DNA of 40,314 bases from an uncultured Bacillales bacterium (GTDB lineage: Bacteria; Bacillota_I; Bacilli_A; RFN20; CAG-826), in assembly GCA_946625055.1 (NCBI GenBank), contig CAMOSS010000002.1:1-40314 (forward strand), read 5' to 3'. This document shows, piece by piece, positions 9,457 through 19,226 of the stretch (within the stretch, counting starts at the first letter, position 1; every line of letters begins with the position of its first letter). The notes beneath the pieces are model-generated. The model was not told the origin of the DNA and ran no database searches. It was given only the letters and a program-made list of their open reading frames with translations. Both the position numbers and the translations under genes were made by a program.

Positions 9457-9485
9457 TTGATTAAGTTCGCATGCGAACATATAAT
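9457..9485 (+). promoter_or_regulatory. marR-ABC operon promoter with an embedded operator palindrome
   Basis: TTGATT (9457-9462), 17-nt spacer, TATAAT (9480-9485). The spacer contains the perfect 14-bp palindrome GTTCGCATGCGAAC (9465-9478). Confidence 0.7.
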
Positions 9486-9491
9486 AATGTT

Positions 9492-9926
9492 ATGGACAAA
9501 AACCAGGACATTATTTTTTTATCGAAACATTTATCAAAGTTATTAGAAAAATCTCTTGATGAGACAACTCAAGAATTAGGGTTAACTCCTCAGCAAGGAA
9601 GAATTCTTTGGTATTTGCTTTCTCATGAAGAAGAAAAAATAAAGCAAGTGGATATTGAACGAAAGTTCTCCTTATCAAAATCCACTGTCAGTGGTCTCAT
9701 TAAACGAATGTTATACAAGAAACTGATAAGTCGTGATAAAAAGGATAAGCATTTGATGATTGCTCCGGAAGGAAGAAAAATAATGGACGATTTCAAAAAG
9801 TGCAACGAGACCTTAAGAGAAAACCTATTAAAAGATTTTTCAAAAGAAGAACAAAGTCGAATATTACAAAATCTATATCACATGATTGATATTATGGAAG
9901 GAGGAAAAAATGAAAGAAAAGATTAA
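9492..9926 (+). CDS. MarR-family transcriptional regulator
   Basis: Winged-helix region LTPQQGRILWYL...QVDIERKFSLSKSTVSGLIKRM. The track start at 9471 lies inside the promoter spacer and operator. The ATG at 9492 sits 6 nt after the -10. Confidence 0.85.
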   Translation: MDKNQDIIFLSKHLSKLLEKSLDETTQELGLTPQQGRILWYLLSHEEEKIKQVDIERKFSLSKSTVSGLIKRMLYKKLISRDKKDKHLMIAPEGRKIMDDFKKCNETLRENLLKDFSKEEQSRILQNLYHMIDIMEGGKNERKD

Positions 9927-11748
9927 ACTCATATTAAAATCTGTTCGTCAGTATAAGAAATACGCGATTCTTACACCTATTTTCATGATTGGCGAAGCTC
10001 TCATGGAATGCGCTCTTCCATTTATCATGTCAATGTTTGTGGATACGATTGAATACATTCAAAAACCAGCAGATATCATGAAATTCTATCTATATGACAA
10101 CCCAAACGTGAATTTAGGTAATGGAATCTATGTTTCATTGTTCTGGCTTGCGATTGCTTTAGTCATCATGTCGATGATTTCACTGACATGTGGTATCTTA
10201 GCAGGAAAAACTGCGGCTATTGCCTCTGTTGGACTTGCCACTAATCTTAGATTAGATCTTTATAAAAAGATGCAATCATTCTCATTCTCAAACATCGATA
10301 AATTCTCTATCCCATCACTCGTAACGAGAATGACAACAGATATCAGCCAAGTGCAAATGGCCTTTGCCTTATGCATCAGAATCGTTGTTAGAGCTCCATT
10401 AATGATGATATTCTCCGCGGTTATGGCCTTCATTTCTGGTGGTCTCATGGCCTTCACATTTATAGCTTTAATTCCAATCGTAGGATTTGGTTTATTCTTA
10501 ATCATCAGAGGAGCGATGAAAGTATTCACTAGAGTCTTTAAAAAATATGATAAACTCAACGAATCAGTGCAAGAAAATGTCACTGGTATGCGTGTTGTTA
10601 AATCATTTGTTAGAGAAGATTATGAAAAAGAAAAATTCAATAATGCTTCAAATGGTATGACTGCAGAATTCATTCATGGTGAAAAGATTGTGGCTTTCAA
10701 CAACCCATTAATGAATACAACTATTCACTTATCCAATATTTTGATTATTGGTATTGGTGCTTCAATCATCGCTAAAACGTCAAGCCTCGATGCAGATGGA
10801 AATATCATTTGGGGTGATTTGTCCATAGGACAATTATCATCACTTTTGACATATGGTATTCAAATCTTAATGTCCCTTATGATGATTTCTATGATCATGG
10901 TCATGCTTGTTTTATCTCTCGAAGCCATTAGGAGAATTGGTGAAGTTCTTCTTGAAGAACCAGAAATCCATAACCCTGAGAACCCACTTTACGAAGTTAA
11001 AGATGGTTCTGTCATCTTTGATAATGTGAATTTCAAATATAAAGCTTCTGCTGAGAAGAACACATTAGAAAATATCAACTTAAACATCAAATCTGGACAA
11101 TTCGTCGGTATCTTAGGATCCACAGGTAGTGGTAAGTCCTCATTAATCAATTTAATCTCTAGATTATATGATGTCAGCGAAGGAAAAGTAGAAATCGGTG
11201 GTCATAATGTTAAAGAATACGATTTAAAGACCTTAAGAGACAACGTCGCGGTTGTTTTACAAAAGAACATTCTCTTTTCCGGCACAATTAGAGACAACCT
11301 TAAATGGGGCGATTTAAACGCAACTGATGAAGATATTAAAAAAGCTTGTGACATCGCTCAAGCTAGCGAATTCATCAATCAATTTAAAGATGGCCTTGAT
11401 TCTAAGATTGAACAAGGTGGCACAAACGTTTCTGGTGGTCAAAAACAAAGACTTTGTATCGCTCGTGCCCTTCTTAAAAAACCAAAGGTTTTAATTCTTG
11501 ATGACTCCACATCAGCAGTCGATACCAAAACTGATAGATTAATCAGAAAAGGATTAAAAGAAGATATTCCAGATGTCACCAAAATTGTCATCGCTCAAAG
11601 AATCTCTTCTATCGAAGACGCCGATCAAATCATCATCATGGATGACGGCTCTATTAACGATGTCGGAACCCATGAAGAACTCTTAAAGAGGAATAAGATA
11701 TATCAAGAAGTGTATTACACTCAAAATAGAGTAGGAGGTGGTAAATAA
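9910..11748 (+). CDS. ABC exporter permease/ATPase, degenerate-site half of a heterodimer
   Basis: Six-TM domain plus NBD. Walker A GSTGSGKSS and signature VSGGQKQR are present. Walker B is LILDDS (catalytic Glu replaced by Asp) and the H-loop is IAQRIS (His replaced by Gln). SD GGAAGGAGG precedes the ATG at 9910. Confidence 0.9.
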   Translation: MKEKIKLILKSVRQYKKYAILTPIFMIGEALMECALPFIMSMFVDTIEYIQKPADIMKFYLYDNPNVNLGNGIYVSLFWLAIALVIMSMISLTCGILAGKTAAIASVGLATNLRLDLYKKMQSFSFSNIDKFSIPSLVTRMTTDISQVQMAFALCIRIVVRAPLMMIFSAVMAFISGGLMAFTFIALIPIVGFGLFLIIRGAMKVFTRVFKKYDKLNESVQENVTGMRVVKSFVREDYEKEKFNNASNGMTAEFIHGEKIVAFNNPLMNTTIHLSNILIIGIGASIIAKTSSLDADGNIIWGDLSIGQLSSLLTYGIQILMSLMMISMIMVMLVLSLEAIRRIGEVLLEEPEIHNPENPLYEVKDGSVIFDNVNFKYKASAEKNTLENINLNIKSGQFVGILGSTGSGKSSLINLISRLYDVSEGKVEIGGHNVKEYDLKTLRDNVAVVLQKNILFSGTIRDNLKWGDLNATDEDIKKACDIAQASEFINQFKDGLDSKIEQGGTNVSGGQKQRLCIARALLKKPKVLILDDSTSAVDTKTDRLIRKGLKEDIPDVTKIVIAQRISSIEDADQIIIMDDGSINDVGTHEELLKRNKIYQEVYYTQNRVGGGK

Positions 11749-13709
11749 TGCCTCCAGTAAGAATTAGAGAAAGAAAAAGAGTCAAGAAAGGGACTCTAAA
11801 ACGTCTTTTGAAGTATCTCTTCCAAAAACATGCGTTTGCCTTAACTATTTCATTCTTATGCATCGCCTTTAACGTTTTCTCAAACCTTTCCTCATCTATT
11901 TTCACCAACTTTATTACAACCGCTATATCAGAGAGCGTTCACCAAGGTTTAAACCCATTTAAAGACATTTATAGTGTTTCTGCTATGGGTCTTACCCTTG
12001 AAACAAATATCACCTATTTGTTGATTTATTTAGGTGTTATATACCTTTTAGGTATATTTGCCTCATGGATTTGGAATAGAACAATGGCGATTGTTACTCA
12101 AAAATTCATGAACAACCTAAGAATTAAGATGTTTAATCACATGCAGGATTTACCAATCAAGTACTTTGATGTTCACCCTCATGGTGAAATCATGTCTTTG
12201 TACACAAACGACATTGATACGATTAGACAATTTATTTCTCAATCTTTACCAACAGCTGTTCAAGGTGGTTTAACAGTGGCCTTTGTTTTAGTCACAATGT
12301 TACTCAACTCCATCTGGATGACTCTTGTGGTAATCTTTGGAGCCATTGCAATGTTACTGAACACCATGGTGATAGGTGGTCGTTCTTCACGTTACTTTAT
12401 AAAACAACAACGCGCCTTAGGTATTGTTGAAGGCAACATTGAAGAAACAATTAATGGCTTAAAAGTCATCAAAGTCTTCTCTCATGAAGAGAAGAGTACT
12501 CAAGATTTTGAAGTCTTGAACAATCAATTAAAAGATAACGCTACTGAAGCTAATAAACATGGTAATATCACTGGACCTATCAACGGTAACATTGGTAACT
12601 TCATCTATGTTTTAACTGCCGTTGTCGGCGTTATGATGTATATCATCCCTCAATTCAACAACTTGACATTAACATATTTTGGTCCAATCGAAAGAAGCAC
12701 ATTCTACGGAGTTATCGTTTCATTCTTAATGATGTCTAGAATGTTCACAAATAACGTTAATAACTTATCGCAGCAAGTCATCTTCATGGTCATGGGTATG
12801 GCAGGCGCTTCTCGTTGTTTCGATCTTCTCGATGAGCAACCAGAAAAAGATGAAGGCTATGTCACTCTTGTCCACACAAAAGAAGTGGATGGCAAACTTG
12901 TTGAAACCGATGAAAGAACCAGAAAGTTTGCTTGGAAGCATCAACACAAGGATGGAACATTAACCTATGTTGAACTTAAAGGCGATATCCTTATGGATCA
13001 CGTTGATTTCGGCTATGTTCCAGGAACTATCGTCCTTCATGATGTCTCTATTTACGCCCACCCAGGACAAAAGATTGCCTTTGTTGGTGCAACAGGTGCA
13101 GGTAAGACAACTATCACCAACTTAATCAACAGATTCTATGACATCGCTGATGGCAAAATTAGATACGATGGCATCAACATTAATAAAATTAAAAAGGGAG
13201 ATTTAAGAAAATCTCTCGGTATGGTTCTTCAAGATACATGTCTCTTCACTGGGACAGTTATGGAGAACATCAGATATGGTCGTTTAGACGCCACAGATGA
13301 AGAAGTCTATGAAGCGGCTAGAATCGCTAATGCTTATGATTTCATCACTCGTTTACCAGAAGGATTTAATACGATGATATCCGCGAATGGTTCTAACCTA
13401 TCTCAAGGACAAAGACAATTGATATCAATTGCAAGAGCTGCTGTCGCTGATGCTCCATGTATGATTCTTGATGAAGCAACCTCATCCATCGATACTAGAA
13501 CTGAAAAACTTGTCCAAGAAGGAACTGATAAACTTATGGAAGGTCGTACAGTATTTGTTATCGCTCACAGATTATCAACAGTTCAAAACAGTGATTGCAT
13601 CATGGTCCTTGATCACGGAAGAATTATTGAAAGAGGAACCCACGAGCAATTAATCGCTGAAAAAGGTGTCTACAATCAACTCTACACCGGAGCGTTTGAA
13701 CTCGAATAA
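11748..13709 (+). CDS. ABC exporter permease/ATPase, canonical half of the heterodimer
   Basis: Walker A GATGAGKTT, signature LSQGQRQL, Walker B ILDEATS, H-loop IAHRLST. TAATG overlap with the upstream gene. Confidence 0.9.
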   Translation: MPPVRIRERKRVKKGTLKRLLKYLFQKHAFALTISFLCIAFNVFSNLSSSIFTNFITTAISESVHQGLNPFKDIYSVSAMGLTLETNITYLLIYLGVIYLLGIFASWIWNRTMAIVTQKFMNNLRIKMFNHMQDLPIKYFDVHPHGEIMSLYTNDIDTIRQFISQSLPTAVQGGLTVAFVLVTMLLNSIWMTLVVIFGAIAMLLNTMVIGGRSSRYFIKQQRALGIVEGNIEETINGLKVIKVFSHEEKSTQDFEVLNNQLKDNATEANKHGNITGPINGNIGNFIYVLTAVVGVMMYIIPQFNNLTLTYFGPIERSTFYGVIVSFLMMSRMFTNNVNNLSQQVIFMVMGMAGASRCFDLLDEQPEKDEGYVTLVHTKEVDGKLVETDERTRKFAWKHQHKDGTLTYVELKGDILMDHVDFGYVPGTIVLHDVSIYAHPGQKIAFVGATGAGKTTITNLINRFYDIADGKIRYDGININKIKKGDLRKSLGMVLQDTCLFTGTVMENIRYGRLDATDEEVYEAARIANAYDFITRLPEGFNTMISANGSNLSQGQRQLISIARAAVADAPCMILDEATSSIDTRTEKLVQEGTDKLMEGRTVFVIAHRLSTVQNSDCIMVLDHGRIIERGTHEQLIAEKGVYNQLYTGAFELE

Positions 13710-13724
13710 CTTAAATATTAAAAG

Positions 13725-13748
13725 AACACCCTTTGGGTGTTTTTTTAT
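13725..13748 (+). terminator. Rho-independent terminator after the ABC pair
   Basis: aacaccc ttt gggtgtt followed by a T7 run. Confidence 0.85.
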
Positions 13749-13856
13749 TGTTCCGATAGCATCTAATAAATCTTTATGGTTCATAATGTCCATATATAGG
13801 TTCACCTATTTTTTATATAGAAAAAATATCGCTATCCCTATAAAATAGAATTAATT

Positions 13857-16070
13857 ATGGAAAAGCAAACAAAGAAACCACCTGTTAATGGAGGATATCC
13901 ATTACACACATTCCAAGAAGTTGAAGATTTATACATCGAATACATCTCGGATTTAAACGATAGAGCCATGATCAAAAGGGCCTATGAATTTGTTTGTGAA
14001 AAGCATAAAGATCAATATCGTAAAAGTGGAGAACCATACATCCATCACTTGATTGAAGTGGCCTACATCATGGCTTCTCTTCATAGTGGTCCTGCCACAA
14101 TTACATCAGCCTTATTACATGACGTCGTTGAAGACACAGATGTCACAACTGAAGACATTGAAAAGATGTTTGGTTCTGAAGTCGCGATGATTGTTGACTC
14201 TTTAACCAAAATTCAAAGATTGAAATTGTCAAAAATCGACGCTCAAGAATTTGAAGCTGAAGACCATCGTAAGATTTTCTTAGGCATGGCTAAAGATATC
14301 CGTGTTATTTTGATTAAAATCGCTGATAGATTACATAATCTAAGAACTTTAGGAGCCTTATCTCCAGAAAGACAAAAAGCTATTTCTCAAGAAACACTCG
14401 ATGTCTTTATTCCAATCGCCCATAGATTAGGTCTTGATACCATCAAATCCGAAATGCAAGACCTATGTCTTAAATACTTAGAACCTGAAAAATTCGAAGA
14501 GATTAAGAAACTCTTATCCAAGAAATCTAAACAGATGAACAAATCCTTGGATAACATCAAAAAGAGAATCGCTGATATGCTCTTTGAAAAGAACATTCCA
14601 TTCACTATCGAATCCAGGGTTAAATCCATCTACAGCATCTATAACAAGATGTATAACAGAGGCCATCCATTCGATGAAATCTATGATATTCTCGCTTTAA
14701 GAATCATCACTAAGGATGAAATGAAGTGTTATGAAATCTTAGGTTTGATTCACCAAATCTATAAACCTGTTCCAGGTCGTTTTAAAGATTATATTGCGAT
14801 GCCAAAGCCAAACCTTTATCAATCTTTACACACCACAATTGTTTCTGGTGATGGTAACTTCTATGAAGTCCAAATCAGAACAGAAGAGATGGATAAAGTT
14901 GCTGAAGAAGGTGTTGCTGCTCACTGGGCTTATAAGGAAGGCGGATACAACTCCGAAAAAGAGCAAAAAGAAATTGAAAATAAACTTCACTGGTTTAGAG
15001 ACTTTGTCTCTTTAAGTGATAACGCTCATAAAGAATCTGCCTCTGAATACATGCAAAACCTCACAAAAGATATTTTTGAGGCCAATATTTATGTCTTTAC
15101 TCCAAAAGGTAGAGTTATTGAGCTTCCAAAAGAAGCCACACCAGTAGATTTCGCTTACAGAATTCACACCAAAGTTGGTGATGCCTGTACAGGTGCTCTC
15201 GTTAATGGCGTCATGGTCCCTCTTAATACTGTCTTAAAAACTGGTGATATGGTAGAAATCAAAACTGCCAAGAATCCTAACGGACCAAGTGAGAGATGGT
15301 TAGAATTCGTCGTGACTTCCACCGCAAAATCTCAGATTAAGAAATTTTTAGCAAAAAAGAATGCTGATCAAATTAGAGTTGAAAAGATTGCCAAAGGCAA
15401 AACATCACTTATTGATGCCTTTAAAGATCGAGGATATAACGAGCAAGAGATGATGGAGTATCTCGATAATAAGAAACTCCTTGAGAACTTTGAGCTCGAT
15501 TCTATTGATGATTTATTCTTCGCAGTTGCTGGCAAGAAACCAGCTCCTAATGCCGTTATCGATTTCCTCAATATAAAGAGAAAGCCAGAAGCTGAAAAAT
15601 CAAGGCTCAAGAAAGTTAGTAAGAGTGATGCTCCAGTTTATTGTAAGGGAGTAGGAAAGATTGCTATTTCCTTAGCCACATGCTGCACCCCAATTCCTGG
15701 CGATGACATCGTTGGATATATCACAAGAGGTAAAGGCATTACTGTTCATAGAAAGAAATGCCCAAACATCGCTAACGAAAAAGATAGACTAGTGGAAGTC
15801 TTCTGGAATGAAGATATTGAATTTGCTAACTATCCAGTCGATATCTTAATTGAAGCGAGCGATCGACCAAACTTATTAACCGATGTAATGAATACTTTGT
15901 CTTCATTAAAAGTGTCATTATCATCCATTCATTGCCGTTTAATCAATCGTGGTGAAAAAGTACACATCACTGCGACAGTTCTCGTCTCTGATCAAAAGAG
16001 ATTAAGAGACATTAGAGACACACTTCTTGGAATTAATTCCATTTATGAAGTGACCAGAATTATACATTAA
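13857..16070 (+). CDS. relA: Bifunctional (p)ppGpp synthetase/hydrolase Rel
   Basis: HD hydrolase motifs (HHLIEVA, HDVVEDT), synthetase motifs (RFKDYIAMPKPNLYQSLHT), and TGS and ACT C-terminal domains. Confidence 0.95.
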   Translation: MEKQTKKPPVNGGYPLHTFQEVEDLYIEYISDLNDRAMIKRAYEFVCEKHKDQYRKSGEPYIHHLIEVAYIMASLHSGPATITSALLHDVVEDTDVTTEDIEKMFGSEVAMIVDSLTKIQRLKLSKIDAQEFEAEDHRKIFLGMAKDIRVILIKIADRLHNLRTLGALSPERQKAISQETLDVFIPIAHRLGLDTIKSEMQDLCLKYLEPEKFEEIKKLLSKKSKQMNKSLDNIKKRIADMLFEKNIPFTIESRVKSIYSIYNKMYNRGHPFDEIYDILALRIITKDEMKCYEILGLIHQIYKPVPGRFKDYIAMPKPNLYQSLHTTIVSGDGNFYEVQIRTEEMDKVAEEGVAAHWAYKEGGYNSEKEQKEIENKLHWFRDFVSLSDNAHKESASEYMQNLTKDIFEANIYVFTPKGRVIELPKEATPVDFAYRIHTKVGDACTGALVNGVMVPLNTVLKTGDMVEIKTAKNPNGPSERWLEFVVTSTAKSQIKKFLAKKNADQIRVEKIAKGKTSLIDAFKDRGYNEQEMMEYLDNKKLLENFELDSIDDLFFAVAGKKPAPNAVIDFLNIKRKPEAEKSRLKKVSKSDAPVYCKGVGKIAISLATCCTPIPGDDIVGYITRGKGITVHRKKCPNIANEKDRLVEVFWNEDIEFANYPVDILIEASDRPNLLTDVMNTLSSLKVSLSSIHCRLINRGEKVHITATVLVSDQKRLRDIRDTLLGINSIYEVTRIIH

Positions 16071-16084
16071 CAAAGGAGAAATAT

Positions 16085-17458
16085 ATGCAAAGTAGAAACG
16101 TGAAGGGGACCAAGGATCTCTTTGGAAAAGAAACTAGACAATTTCAATTCGTTGAAAACATTTTCTCTTCCATCGCTGAATCTTTTGGTTATCAAGAAAT
16201 GAGACCTCCTGTTCTTGAACACAGCGAAGTATTTGTTCGCGGCGTTGGAGAAGGAAGTGACGTCGTAAGAAAAGAAATGTATACCTTCTTAGACAAGGGC
16301 GAAAGAAGTTTGACTCTCCGTCCTGAATTTACTGCTGGTATCATGCGTTTAATCGTTCAAAATAAACTCTACGCGACTGAAACATTACCAATTAAAGCCT
16401 ATTATAATGGACCAGTGTTCCGTTATGAGAGACCACAACTTGGTAGATATCGCCAATTCAACCAATTTGGTGTCGAATGTGTCGGTGGAACTTCATATTT
16501 TAACGATTTAGAAACAATCATGCTTGGTTACTGCATGCTTTCAACCCTTGGGCTCACTAATGTCACCCTTAAAATCAATACCTTAGGTGATGAAGCCTCA
16601 AGAGAAGCTTATAAAGCTGCCCTAAAGAATTACTTCGCGGATAAAGTTGAGGGTATGTGTGAAGACTGTAAGGATAGATTTAATGTCAATCCTTTAAGAA
16701 TTCTCGACTGCAAAGTCCCTGAAGATCAAGAAATCGTTAAAGGGGCTCCAAAAATGTCAGATTATCTTTCTGAAGAAAGCAAAGAAAGATTTGAAAACAT
16801 TCTTGATGCCTTAACCCAAATGGAAATCCCATATGAAGTGGATGACACTTTGGTGAGAGGGCTCGATTATTATTCAGAAACAGTATTTGAATTCCATTAC
16901 ACATCGAAAAAAGGTGTTAACTATGGAGCTATCGGTGCTGGTGGTCACTATTCAAATTTAGTTAAAGAATTTGGTGGACCTGAATTAGAAGGTGTCGGTT
17001 TCTCCTTTGGAGAAGAAAGAATCGTTTCTGTTCTTAACGATGATGAATTATTAAATGAACTTAATGAAGAAGGCGAAGTGGAATTCTACATTTGCCCAAT
17101 TTGTGAAGAAGCAAAAGAGGCTGCTCTTGCCTTATCTGTCTCATCAAGGATGATGGGAGCGAGAGTGGATGTTAACTTTGAAGGCGGTAAATTAGGCGCG
17201 ATGCTTAAAAAAGCAGTGAAGAAAGGTGCCTTATACGCCATCATCATTGGTGAAGATGAACTCAATAAGAATTCATTACAAATGAAAAACCTTGTTACAG
17301 AGGAACAAACTGAACTAACAGTCAGTGAATATTTAGATGCCATCAAGCAAATGCAAGAACATGATCACGAATGTCATTGTCATGATGACGAAGATGGCTG
17401 TGAAGATGGTGAATGTTGTTGTCATCATCATCACAAAGATGAAGGAGATTTAAACTAA
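16085..17458 (+). CDS. hisS: Histidine--tRNA ligase with a His/Cys/acidic C-terminal tail
   Basis: Class II motifs (MYTFLDKGERSLTLRPE, FRYERPQLGRYRQF, GGGRYD-like GAGGHY). SD AAAGGAGA is upstream. The last 33 aa are an atypical extension. Confidence 0.95.
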   Translation: MQSRNVKGTKDLFGKETRQFQFVENIFSSIAESFGYQEMRPPVLEHSEVFVRGVGEGSDVVRKEMYTFLDKGERSLTLRPEFTAGIMRLIVQNKLYATETLPIKAYYNGPVFRYERPQLGRYRQFNQFGVECVGGTSYFNDLETIMLGYCMLSTLGLTNVTLKINTLGDEASREAYKAALKNYFADKVEGMCEDCKDRFNVNPLRILDCKVPEDQEIVKGAPKMSDYLSEESKERFENILDALTQMEIPYEVDDTLVRGLDYYSETVFEFHYTSKKGVNYGAIGAGGHYSNLVKEFGGPELEGVGFSFGEERIVSVLNDDELLNELNEEGEVEFYICPICEEAKEAALALSVSSRMMGARVDVNFEGGKLGAMLKKAVKKGALYAIIIGEDELNKNSLQMKNLVTEEQTELTVSEYLDAIKQMQEHDHECHCHDDEDGCEDGECCCHHHHKDEGDLN

Positions 17459-17459
17459 T

Positions 17460-19190
17460 ATGGAAAGAACAGCAAGAAATGCTGAATTATCAATCAAAAA
17501 CGTTGGTGAATCAGTAACAGTTGTCGGCTGGGTGAGCAAGAGAAGAAACTTAGGTTCCATTCTTTTCGTTGACTTAAGAGATAGATCAGGAATCGTTCAA
17601 GTCGTTATCAACGATGATTTAAAAGATGTCCCTGAAATTCGTAATGAATACATCTTACAAGTTAAGGGTGTTGTTTCTAAAAGAAACAATCCAAATCCTC
17701 AACTCAAATCAGGCGAAATTGAAATCGTGGCAGACAAAGTTGTTTTAGTAAACACTGCCAAAACCACACCTTTAATCATCGCTGATGAAACAGATGCTTT
17801 AGAGGATACAAGATTAAAATATCGTTACCTCGATTTAAGAAGACCAATAATGCAAGGTTATTTAGACATCCGCCATAAAATCAAAATGGCAGCGCATAAC
17901 TATTTGGATAGCTTGAACTTTATTGAAGTGGAAACACCAATTTTGACTTTGTCAACTCCAGAAGGTGCAAGAGACTACTTAGTCCCTTCACGTATCCATC
18001 ATGGATGTTTCTACGCTCTTCCACAATCCCCACAAATCTTTAAACAATTATTAATGATTGGTGGCTTAGAGAGATATTATCAAATCGCTCGTTGCTTTAG
18101 AGATGAAGATTTAAGAGCAGACCGTCAACCAGATTTCACTCAAATTGATATTGAGACTTCCTTCCTTGATCAGGATCAATTCTTAACAATGATGGAAGGC
18201 TTAATTAAAGAAATCTTTAAAAAGACTATCAACTACGATGTCAAACTCCCTCTTAGAAGAATTCCATATCGCGAAGCCATGGATAAGTATGGTTCTGATA
18301 AACCAGACACCAGATTTGGATTCCTCCTTCACGATGTAAAAGAAATTCTTTTAAAATCCACATTTGAGGGCTATCAAGGGGCCGAAGCAATCCGTGCCAT
18401 AAAGATAGACGGGGTGGCACAAAACACCTCTAGAAAAGTCATTGATGGCTTAACACTCGAAGCAAGAAAGTTTGGCCTCGGTGGTTTAACTGTCTTAAAA
18501 GTGGAAAACAATACTTTAACTGGTTCATTCATCAAGTTCTTAAACGAAGAAATCATTAACGACTTAATGAAGGAAATGGATGCTAAAAATGATGATATAA
18601 TCATCATCGCAGCAGGAAAGGCTAATAGAGTCTTACCATTACTTGGTGCATTAAGAAATCAATACGCAAAAGAATTAGGATTAATTAAACCTAATACCTA
18701 TGATTTGTTATGGGTAGTGGACTTCCCATTATTCGAAAGAGATGTTGAATCTAATCAAATCACATCAACTCACCACCCATTCACCAGACCAAGAGATGAA
18801 GATCTCAAATACTTAGATACAGATCCAACAAAGATTTTAAGCTATGCTTACGATATCGTTATCAATGGTTATGAAGCCGGTGGTGGTTCACTCCGTATCT
18901 ATAACCAAGAAGTTCAACACAAAATCTTTGAAGTCCTTGGACTTAGTGAAGAAGATATTAAACGTAAGTTTGGATTCTTTATCGATGCCTTCCAATATGG
19001 CACACCTCCACACGCAGGTATGGCATTTGGTCTCGATAGATTAACGATGATTTTAGGTCAAACTGACAACATTAGAGATGTCATTGCCTTCCCTAAGAAC
19101 TTAAGCGCAGTTTGCCCAATGTCTGGAGCTCCAGAAATCGTTGATGAAGCTCAATTAGACGAATTAGGAATTCAAGTCAAAAAAGACTAA
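17460..19190 (+). CDS. aspS: Aspartate--tRNA ligase (bacterial type)
   Basis: OB-fold N-terminus, motifs FRDEDLRADRQPEF-like, the GAD insertion and GLDRL. The ATG is 1 nt after the hisS stop. Confidence 0.95.
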   Translation: MERTARNAELSIKNVGESVTVVGWVSKRRNLGSILFVDLRDRSGIVQVVINDDLKDVPEIRNEYILQVKGVVSKRNNPNPQLKSGEIEIVADKVVLVNTAKTTPLIIADETDALEDTRLKYRYLDLRRPIMQGYLDIRHKIKMAAHNYLDSLNFIEVETPILTLSTPEGARDYLVPSRIHHGCFYALPQSPQIFKQLLMIGGLERYYQIARCFRDEDLRADRQPDFTQIDIETSFLDQDQFLTMMEGLIKEIFKKTINYDVKLPLRRIPYREAMDKYGSDKPDTRFGFLLHDVKEILLKSTFEGYQGAEAIRAIKIDGVAQNTSRKVIDGLTLEARKFGLGGLTVLKVENNTLTGSFIKFLNEEIINDLMKEMDAKNDDIIIIAAGKANRVLPLLGALRNQYAKELGLIKPNTYDLLWVVDFPLFERDVESNQITSTHHPFTRPRDEDLKYLDTDPTKILSYAYDIVINGYEAGGGSLRIYNQEVQHKIFEVLGLSEEDIKRKFGFFIDAFQYGTPPHAGMAFGLDRLTMILGQTDNIRDVIAFPKNLSAVCPMSGAPEIVDEAQLDELGIQVKKD

Positions 19191-19226
19191 ATAATTACCA
19201 AAAAACTACTAATAAGGAGAAAAAGT

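Noticed and set aside
9471-9491. The longer MarR start (MRTYNNV...) given by the ORF track.
   Set aside because: This ATG is the centre of the operator palindrome and lies between the -35 and the -10, so it is absent from a transcript made from this promoter. It could only be used on read-through transcripts from recJ.
13710-16084. A T-box or other riboswitch leader for hisS-aspS or relA.
   Set aside because: hisS starts 14 nt after relA, leaving no room for a leader. The 147-nt region upstream of relA shows only the ABC terminator, and I could see no T-box-like specifier or antiterminator pattern.
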